From the NCBI GenBank assembly GCA_905616445.1, contig CAJQSV010000008.1, forward strand, positions 2,533 to 66,532: a DNA stretch of 64,000 bases. Direction: 5' to 3'. The translations under genes were made by a program, and so were the position numbers. Of the stretch, positions 51,910-60,428 are shown one piece after another (the first letter of the stretch is position 1; the number at the start of each line of letters is the position of its first letter). This stretch comes from an uncultured Pelagibacteraceae bacterium. Lineage in GTDB: Bacteria > Pseudomonadota > Alphaproteobacteria > Pelagibacterales > Pelagibacteraceae. The notes beneath the pieces were generated by a model. That model was not told the DNA's origin. It saw nothing but the letters and a program-made list of their open reading frames with translations, and searched no databases.

Positions 51910-52043
51910 AAGGCAATTAACTCAATAATTGCTATAGCTTATTAAACATTTCTTGACATACCAAAGCCAAATCTATTAAAGAGGCGAAGTTAGTAAATAT
52001 TTACTAATTGAAGTTAATAATAAATAAGGAAAAGTAAAATAAT

Positions 52044-52253
52044 ATGAGTACACTAAAAGGTAAAGTTAAGTGGTTCAATGGCACCAAAGGTTATGGTTTC
52101 ATTGAAAGAGAAGATAAAGAAAAGGACGTGTTCGTACATTCATCAGCTGTTAGAGACGCCGGCTTAAAATTTTTAAACGAAGGCGATGAACTAACTTTCG
52201 AAGTTGAGAATGGAGATAAAGGTCCTTCAGCAGTAAAACTGCAGAAAATCTAA
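52044..52253 (+). CDS. Cold-shock domain protein, copy 1
   Basis: VKWFN, KGYGFI (RNP1), VFVH (RNP2). Confidence 0.96.
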   Translation: MSTLKGKVKWFNGTKGYGFIEREDKEKDVFVHSSAVRDAGLKFLNEGDELTFEVENGDKGPSAVKLQKI

Positions 52254-52383
52254 ATCTTATTTCAGAATTCACTAATTATCGCGATATGAACAACAATTTT
52301 ATATTTCTATCTCGTTAATAACGAATTGCGCATTCGAACTTTCGAGTACGTAAATTAAAACAAAAAAGGAAAAGTAAAATAAT

Positions 52384-52593
52384 ATGAGTACACTAAAAGG
52401 TAAAGTTAAGTGGTTCAATGGTACTAAAGGTTATGGTTTCATTGAAAGAGAAGATAAAGAAAAAGACGTGTTCGTTCATTCTTCAGCTGTAGCAGATTCA
52501 GGCTTAGGTAGCTTGAACGAAGGTGATGAGTTAACTTTCGAAGTTGAGAATGGAGACAAAGGTCCTTCAGCAGTAAAATTGCAGAAAGCCTAA
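52384..52593 (+). CDS. Cold-shock domain protein, copy 2
   Basis: Same motifs; near-identical to copy 1. Confidence 0.96.
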   Translation: MSTLKGKVKWFNGTKGYGFIEREDKEKDVFVHSSAVADSGLGSLNEGDELTFEVENGDKGPSAVKLQKA

Positions 52594-52610
52594 ACATTTC
52601 CTAAATCGTA

Positions 52611-52654
52611 AATTAGTGGGGTAGAAAATTTAATTAGTTTCAATCCCATTAATT
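52611..52654 (+). terminator. Long hairpin after the second csp gene
   Basis: AATTAGTGGGG-TAGAAA...TTTCAA-TCCCATTAATT. Confidence 0.55.
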
Positions 52655-52693
52655 CAACTGTTGAAAATTAAGCGTATTTTGTTAAAACAAGCT

Positions 52694-52771
52694 ATGATTA
52701 TAAGAAAAAAAACTTCTACATCAAGAAAACACACCCATAGAGCACATGCTAGGCTATCGCTTAGCTTATAA
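52694..52771 (+). other. Candidate His-rich leader peptide ORF (25 aa)
   Basis: MIIRKKTSTSRKHTHRAHARLSLSL*; three His codons in six; lies upstream of tRNA-His/hisS/hisZ/hisG. Confidence 0.5.
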
Positions 52772-52821
52772 TTACTTACATATATAAATTTAACTAAAAC
52801 TAAGATAAAAATAAAAAGTAT

Positions 52822-52898
52822 GCAGCTGTAGCTCAGTTGGTTAGAGCACTAGTTTGTGGAACTAGGGGTCGGTGGTTCGAGCCCACCCAGCTGTACCA
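52822..52898 (+). tRNA. tRNA-His(GUG), no encoded G-1, A73 discriminator
   Basis: GCAGCTG acceptor stem, CTAGT-TTGTGGA-ACTAG anticodon arm, GTTCGA T-loop, ends ACCA; preceding base is T. Confidence 0.97.
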
Positions 52899-52903
52899 AA
52901 AAA

Positions 52904-54238
52904 ATGGATAAAGAAAAAAAAATAAAACCTTCTAAAGAATTACCCCTAGGGTTTGTTGACAGACAAGAAAAAGAATTGTTAACACGGGATTTTATAATTT
53001 CTAATATTAAAGAAGTTATGATTAAATATGGATTTCAGTATCTTGAAACACCAAGTTTTGAGTATACAGACAGTATTGGAAAATTTTTACCTGACAAGGA
53101 AAGGCCGGACCAAGGAGTTTTTTCTTTTAAAGACGAAAAAAATTGGCTTTCTCTTCGATATGATTTGACTGCACCATTAGCTCGTTATGTTGCCAAAAAT
53201 TATTTAGAAATACCCAAACCATTTAAACGTTATCAGCTAGGCACAGTTTGGCGAAATGAAAAACCAGGCCCAGGAAGATTTAGAGAATTCATTCAATTCG
53301 ATGCAGATTATGTAGGCACCAAAAATCTGCAAGCGGATGCCGAGCTATGTGTTCTTATTTCAGAAATTTTAGAAAAATGTGGTTTAACTAAAGACGATTA
53401 TATTGTTAAAATTTCATCAAGGACATTTACTAAAGAACTTTTTGATGAGTTAAATATTCAAACCGACGAGCAATCCGCAGTCACCTTACGTGCTCTGGAC
53501 AAATTAGATAGACTTGGTTGGGAAGAAGTTAAAAAAATTTTAGGAAAAGGTAGGGAAGATAAATCAGGAGACTTTACAAAAGGTGCTGATCTTGACGATA
53601 AACAAATAAAAGTACTCGAAAAAAAAATTAAAGAAAAAAAACCTAATACAAGCGACATACTTGAAATTATGAAAATATTTAAAGCATATGACTTTACTAA
53701 TTACCAATATGACCCATCAGTTATTAGAGGGCTTGAATATTATACGGGGCCAATTTTTGAAGTTAATCTTAATTTTGAAGTAAAAAATGCAAAAGGAAAA
53801 ACAATTCAATTTGGATCTATTGGAGGAGGAGGTAGATATGACAATCTTGTAAGTAATTTTGGAAATTTAGATTGCCCCGCGACTGGAATTTCAATTGGTA
53901 TTGATCGGTTGGTTTATGCGTTAATGCAAAAAAAAAAGTTTAATATAAAATCAATTAAACCAGTAGTCATCTGTGTTTTTAACAAAGAGAATATTAAAGA
54001 TTATATAGAAATTTTAAAAAAACTTAGAGAGGCAAAAATAAGTTCTGAAGTTTACCCTGGAGAAGGTAATTTAAAAAAACAAATGCAATATGCAAATAAA
54101 ATTGGTTCACCCGCTGTAATCTTATACGGAGAAGATGAAATAAAATCTGGAAAAATAACTTTGAGAAACCTTAAATCAGGAGAGGAAAGTAATACTGAAA
54201 TAGAGAATCTACCAAATGAAATCAAAAAAATACTCTGA
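52904..54238 (+). CDS. hisS: Histidyl-tRNA synthetase
   Basis: LRYDLTAP, WRNEKPGPGRFREF, RGLEYYTG, GGGGRYD; true ATG at 52904 (track start lies inside the tRNA). Confidence 0.96.
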   Translation: MDKEKKIKPSKELPLGFVDRQEKELLTRDFIISNIKEVMIKYGFQYLETPSFEYTDSIGKFLPDKERPDQGVFSFKDEKNWLSLRYDLTAPLARYVAKNYLEIPKPFKRYQLGTVWRNEKPGPGRFREFIQFDADYVGTKNLQADAELCVLISEILEKCGLTKDDYIVKISSRTFTKELFDELNIQTDEQSAVTLRALDKLDRLGWEEVKKILGKGREDKSGDFTKGADLDDKQIKVLEKKIKEKKPNTSDILEIMKIFKAYDFTNYQYDPSVIRGLEYYTGPIFEVNLNFEVKNAKGKTIQFGSIGGGGRYDNLVSNFGNLDCPATGISIGIDRLVYALMQKKKFNIKSIKPVVICVFNKENIKDYIEILKKLREAKISSEVYPGEGNLKKQMQYANKIGSPAVILYGEDEIKSGKITLRNLKSGEESNTEIENLPNEIKKIL

Positions 54239-55262
54239 GGCTTTATTAAATCTTTTTAAAAAAAAAGGTTTTAAAGTTAAAGAATTTGAAAATATAATTG
54301 AATCTAAAATTATAATAGAACGATCGGGAGAAATATTTAAAAAATCTTTACTTTCATTCGAAGATGACAACGGTAAAAACTTTAGTTTAAGGCCAGACCT
54401 AACTATTTCAGCATGTCTCGATTACGTTAAAAATGTAAAAAAAGGGATTTATAAATACGCATACTTTGATCAGGCATATAGAAGAACTTTCGGCAAACAG
54501 TCACTAGTAAGAAATCAATTGGGTTGTGAAATAATTGGTTCATCTAATTTACAATTAAATTTAGAGATTATAAATTTAATCGATCAATCTTTAAAAAAAA
54601 TCACTAAGAACAAAACAACAATTAAGATTAATGATATTAATATTTTTTATACATTAGTCGATTCCTTAAAACTCCCTTCAAGATGGAGATTAAGGTTAAA
54701 GAGGCATTTTTGGAGACCTGATTATTTTAACGAACTGGTTTCAAGGCTTGCATCAAACTCTGATCTACAAAAAAATGTGTTTGAACTTGATAAAAAATCT
54801 TATTTTAAAATGAAGAAACGTAAAAAAAAAGAGAAGATAGCTGGAAGAAAAATTGATGAAATTTTAAATAGATTCGAAAAAAAGATAAAAGAACCAAGAT
54901 CTAAAATTAATGGAATAAGAGTTGCTAAAATTATAAGAGATTTTTTAAAAATTAAATGCTCATTTAAAAATGCAAAAAATGAACTAAAAAAATTTGAAAT
55001 TAAAAATAAAGTAAATTTAAATCTCAAACAATTTGATGTGTTCGATCTAAAACTGAAAAATAATGATACTATTTTCTCTACTAATATTGGTAGAAATACC
55101 GAGTATTACACAGGTCTTGTTTTTGAAATTTATAAAAAATCTAAAAACTTGAATTTAGCATCAGGCGGAAGGTACGATAATTTAATGCAAACATTAGGTG
55201 CCAAAACCAAAATTGCAGCAATAGGTGGAGCTATAAATTATGACAATATTTTAAAATTATGA
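54216..55262 (+). CDS. hisZ: ATP-phosphoribosyltransferase regulatory subunit
   Basis: LRPDLT, QLGCE, YYTGLVF, SGGRYD; located between hisS and hisG. Confidence 0.9.
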   Translation: MKSKKYSEALLNLFKKKGFKVKEFENIIESKIIIERSGEIFKKSLLSFEDDNGKNFSLRPDLTISACLDYVKNVKKGIYKYAYFDQAYRRTFGKQSLVRNQLGCEIIGSSNLQLNLEIINLIDQSLKKITKNKTTIKINDINIFYTLVDSLKLPSRWRLRLKRHFWRPDYFNELVSRLASNSDLQKNVFELDKKSYFKMKKRKKKEKIAGRKIDEILNRFEKKIKEPRSKINGIRVAKIIRDFLKIKCSFKNAKNELKKFEIKNKVNLNLKQFDVFDLKLKNNDTIFSTNIGRNTEYYTGLVFEIYKKSKNLNLASGGRYDNLMQTLGAKTKIAAIGGAINYDNILKL

Positions 55263-55954
55263 ATAAATTAATTAAAATAGGACTACCCAGTAAAGGGAGG
55301 CTTAAAGATGAATCTTTAAAAATTTTTAAAAGAAATAACTTGACCATTAAAGACTCTAAAAGAAATTATCTAAGTGAAATCAAAAATTTTAGTTTGAATG
55401 AAATTGTGTTTTCACACGCTAGAGAAATTGTGGAAAGATTAGCTAGCAATTCATTAGACGTAGGAATTTCAGGCTATGATTTGTTGAAAGAATCTTTGCC
55501 GGGAATACAAAAAAATATTCAAGTTTTTTCACGTTTAAAATTCGGTTTCGCAAATCTTATTGTTGCTGTGCCCGATGCCTGGATAGATGTTCAGACTGTT
55601 GCTGATCTTGAGGAAATATCTTTTGAATTTAAAGATAAAAATATAGGAAAGTTAAGAGTTGCAACAAAATATCCAAACTTAACAAATGATTTCTTATTAT
55701 CAAAAGGTTTAACCCAGTATAAAATTGTAAATAGCTTAGGTTCGACTGAAATTTATCCTTTTACGGATCAATCCGAAATTATTACTGATATTACATCTAG
55801 CGGTGCAACGCTAAAGGCGAACAATCTAAGAATTTTAAAAGATGGAAATATTCTAAAATCTTCAGCGTGTATTTTAGTTTCAAAGAAATCATTAAGGGAT
55901 AAAGTTAAGAAAAAAGTTATAACAGGTCTATTAAAAAAATTAATTTTTGTTTGA
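55259..55954 (+). CDS. hisG: ATP phosphoribosyltransferase, short form
   Basis: LPSKGRL, RVATKYP, GSTE, DITSSGATLKAN. Confidence 0.95.
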   Translation: MNKLIKIGLPSKGRLKDESLKIFKRNNLTIKDSKRNYLSEIKNFSLNEIVFSHAREIVERLASNSLDVGISGYDLLKESLPGIQKNIQVFSRLKFGFANLIVAVPDAWIDVQTVADLEEISFEFKDKNIGKLRVATKYPNLTNDFLLSKGLTQYKIVNSLGSTEIYPFTDQSEIITDITSSGATLKANNLRILKDGNILKSSACILVSKKSLRDKVKKKVITGLLKKLIFV

Positions 55955-56121
55955 GTAACTTGGGGATTACATTCTCATTCACTAGTTCAATGAGTGTTGA
56001 ATTACAAAGATTTTTCAAATTGTTCATTACTTTGTTCATTACTCTAAAGGTCATTTTTAAAAGGAACTCAAAAGATGAATTCGATTTTAGAGTGGAATTA
56101 AAGTTTTAGTAAATTGTAGAT

Positions 56122-56478
56122 TTAGAAACCTAAATAGTTAGCAATAAATCTTCCGGGTAATAATGTGAATATTCCAGCAATAAATAATTCAGCATAAGTA
56201 TTTATCATAAAGATACTATGAATTTTTATATACCTTAATTTAATAGCAATTATTGAAATTATTAAAGACAAAATAGTGATAATACTTAATAGGTGTATTC
56301 AACTATACTGACCCTCGTTTAAATCTTTAATTCAAAAAGAGGAAATTGAAACATACCCCATAAATATAATCCGAAACCATCCAATCAATTTATGTTTGTT
56401 TGTTCTTTTTTTAGAAAGCAAATTTATAGCACCAATGACTAAAGCAATAAGTGCTAAAAAAATATGTGATAGAATCAT
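56122..56478 (-). pseudogene. DUF2306-like membrane protein with two in-frame TGA codons
   Basis: MILSHIFLALIALVIGAINLLSKKRTNKHKLIGWFRIIFMGYVSISSF*IKDLNEGQYS*IHLLS...IAGIFTLLPGRFIANYLGF*; TGAs at 56332-56334 and 56299-56301. Confidence 0.75.
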
Positions 56479-56494
56479 TGATATTTAATATCAT

Positions 56495-56529
56495 AAAAAA
56501 AAACCCCCAGAAATTTCTTTCTGAGGGTT
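56495..56529 (-). terminator. Intrinsic terminator of groESL
   Basis: Minus strand AACCCTCAGAAA-GAAA-TTTCTGGGGGTT followed by a U-run. Confidence 0.88.
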
Positions 56530-56579
56530 CTAATTTTGTTTAGCGTATGTATCTAGAGTGTTCTCTAGATGGAACCGTA

Positions 56580-58256
<1,677 letters not shown>

Positions 58257-58267
58257 TTATCTCTATC

Positions 58268-58561
58268 TTATTTACCTTTTGAAACTCCCATAATGTCGGA
58301 TTCTTTCATGATACTGTATTCTTTATTGTCTATTTTAACTTCAGTACCTGACCATTTTCCAAAAAGTACAATGTCTCCAATTTTAACGTCCATTGGAATT
58401 AATTTTCCATCTTCAGTTTTAGCTCCGGGTCCTACGGCTACAACTTCTCCTTCTTGTGGTTTTTCTTTTGCAGTATCTGGAATAATTATTCCTCCTGCAG
58501 TTTTTGCTTCACTATCGAGCACTTTAATTAGCACTCGATCATGTAAGGGTCTAAATTTCAT
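58268..58561 (-). CDS. groS: Co-chaperonin GroES
   Basis: [20 protein letters not shown]. Confidence 0.98.
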   Translation of the reverse strand: MKFRPLHDRVLIKVLDSEAKTAGGIIIPDTAKEKPQEGEVVAVGPGAKTEDGKLIPMDVKIGDIVLFGKWSGTEVKIDNKEYSIMKESDIMGVSKGK

Positions 58562-58593
58562 ATTTTGCTCCTTCAGATTTGTATGTACGCTTG

Positions 58594-58621
58594 ATATGGT
58601 GAGTTTTCACAAAATTTCAAG
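58594..58621 (-). promoter_or_regulatory. Sigma-32 (RpoH)-type promoter of groESL
   Basis: Minus strand CTTGAA-N16-CCATAT matches the alphaproteobacterial RpoH consensus; no CIRCE seen. Confidence 0.75.
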
Positions 58622-58711
58622 TGTAACAAACGTAGATGGTGTACTTAAAAATGGCTTATATTGCTATATTTTGTTTATTTTTCTATAAGCTTTAAGAGTG
58701 GAGGTATTAAA

Positions 58712-59518
58712 GTGAAAAAAATAGATCATTTAGCTGAAATTTACAATTCGTACGATACATTTATTATAGATTTATGGGGAGTTATGCATAACGGAATAAA
58801 ACTCAATCCTAAAGCTATCGAAGCAGTAGATAATTTAATGAAAAACAAAAAAAAAGTAATTTTTTTATCTAACGCACCACGACCCAGTAGTGAAGTTAAA
58901 AAGTTTTTAAACCAACTCAAAATGGAAGATAGATATCTTAAAAATATTCTAACATCAGGTGAGGCGGCAATGCAGGCTTTACAAGGACATAAATACGGTA
59001 AATTTTTTTATCACTTAGGACCAAAAAAAGATGACTCTATTTTCTTTAAAATCAAAGAAAACAATACAAATTTAGAAAAATGCAATTTTATTTTATGCAC
59101 AGGCTTATTTGACGACCATAGAGACAACCTTGATTACTATAAACAATTACTTAAAAATCATATTGATAAAAAACTAATTTGCACAAACCCCGACCTAACC
59201 GTTCATAGAGGGGACGTCGAAGAGTATTGCGCTGGTAGTGTTGCTAATATATTTGAATCAGCAGGTGGAAAAGTAATTTATTTTGGTAAACCTTATAAAG
59301 AAATTTACAAAATGTGTTTTAAAGAAGGGGAGAAAACCGTCGCAATTGGGGACAATCTTAATACCGATATTAGAGGTGCTAATAATATGAATATTGATTC
59401 TATTTTTATTTCTAATGGAGTTCATAGAGACGAGTTTAAAGACGATAATGAACTTGCGGCGCTCTCATTAAAATATAAAGTTGAAGCAAATTATTATCAA
59501 CCACAGTTAATTTGGTAA
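58712..59518 (+). CDS. HAD-IIA hydrolase (TIGR01459-like)
   Basis: DLWGV, LSNAPR, TNPD, GKP, IGDNLNTDI; GGAGG SD then GTG 58712. Confidence 0.9.
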   Translation: MKKIDHLAEIYNSYDTFIIDLWGVMHNGIKLNPKAIEAVDNLMKNKKKVIFLSNAPRPSSEVKKFLNQLKMEDRYLKNILTSGEAAMQALQGHKYGKFFYHLGPKKDDSIFFKIKENNTNLEKCNFILCTGLFDDHRDNLDYYKQLLKNHIDKKLICTNPDLTVHRGDVEEYCAGSVANIFESAGGKVIYFGKPYKEIYKMCFKEGEKTVAIGDNLNTDIRGANNMNIDSIFISNGVHRDEFKDDNELAALSLKYKVEANYYQPQLIW

Positions 59519-59519
59519 G

Positions 59520-60428
59520 ATGGTTATTTATAAAAATTTAATCATAAAAGAAAATCATAAAAATTCAGTTATTGCTGTAGGAAATTTTGACGGGCTACAC
59601 TTAGGGCATCAAAAAGTTTTAAACCAAGCAAGGCAAAAAGCTAAAAAAGAAAACCTAAAATTTGGAGTTATTACATTTGAACCGATCCCTAATATGTTTT
59701 TTAAAAAAGATATTAAACATTACAGAATTAATTCCGCAGAACAAAAAATATATTATTTAAATAAATTAAAATTAGATTTTTTAATTATTATTAATTTTAA
59801 TAAATCTTTTTCAAAAATTGGAGCAGATCATTTTATAAGTAAAATTTTAGCACACAAACTAAAGAGTAAATATGTTTTTGTTAGCCAAAATTTTAGATTT
59901 GGAAAAAAAAGACTTGGAGACACAAATACCTTAAAAATTTTTGAGAAAAAATATTTATATAAAACAATCATTACTTTCCCCCATCAAAAAAATAAAAAGA
60001 TAATTTCATCATCCTTAATAAGAAAAAATATTTATAAAGGGAACGTTGTAGAGGTTCAAAAACTTTTAGGTAGACCTTGGATTGTCGAAGGTGAAGTAAT
60101 CAAGGGTGAGCAGAGAGGAAGAAAGATTGGTTTTCCAACATGTAACATTAAGTGGAATTCTTACGCACTTCCCAAATTAGGTGTTTACTCTGTTCAAGTA
60201 GAAACAAAAAATTTCAAAAAAAAAGGAATAGCAAACATAGGCTATAGACCAACATTTAACGGTAAAACCTTATTACTGGAAGTGAATATATTTGGAATAA
60301 AGGCAAATTTATATAAAAAGATACTTAAAGTTAGTTTTATAAAATTTATAAGACCAGAAAAAAAATTTATAAATACCAACAAACTCAAAGACCAAATAAA
60401 AAAAGATATAGCTAAAATAAAAAAATAA
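59520..60428 (+). CDS. ribF: Riboflavin kinase/FAD synthetase
   Basis: GNFDGLHLGH, ISSSLIR, GRKIGFPT, IRPE. Confidence 0.95.
   Translation: MVIYKNLIIKENHKNSVIAVGNFDGLHLGHQKVLNQARQKAKKENLKFGVITFEPIPNMFFKKDIKHYRINSAEQKIYYLNKLKLDFLIIINFNKSFSKIGADHFISKILAHKLKSKYVFVSQNFRFGKKRLGDTNTLKIFEKKYLYKTIITFPHQKNKKIISSSLIRKNIYKGNVVEVQKLLGRPWIVEGEVIKGEQRGRKIGFPTCNIKWNSYALPKLGVYSVQVETKNFKKKGIANIGYRPTFNGKTLLLEVNIFGIKANLYKKILKVSFIKFIRPEKKFINTNKLKDQIKKDIAKIKK

Larger units (their letters stand above)
52026..52593 (+). repeat. Tandem duplication (52026-52253 vs 52366-52593, offset 340 bp)
   Basis: Identical AAGGAAAAGTAAAATAATATGAGTACACTAAAAGGTAAAGTTAAGTGGTTCAATGG and near-identical CDS. Confidence 0.9.

Noticed and set aside
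52822-52898. tRNA-His as an integration site
   Set aside because: No duplicated 3' end, integrase or foreign block next to it; hisS follows directly.
52856-52903. ORF-track N-terminal extension of HisS (MELGVGGSSPPSCTKK)
   Set aside because: This is the tRNA-His sequence read in frame; the real start is 52904.
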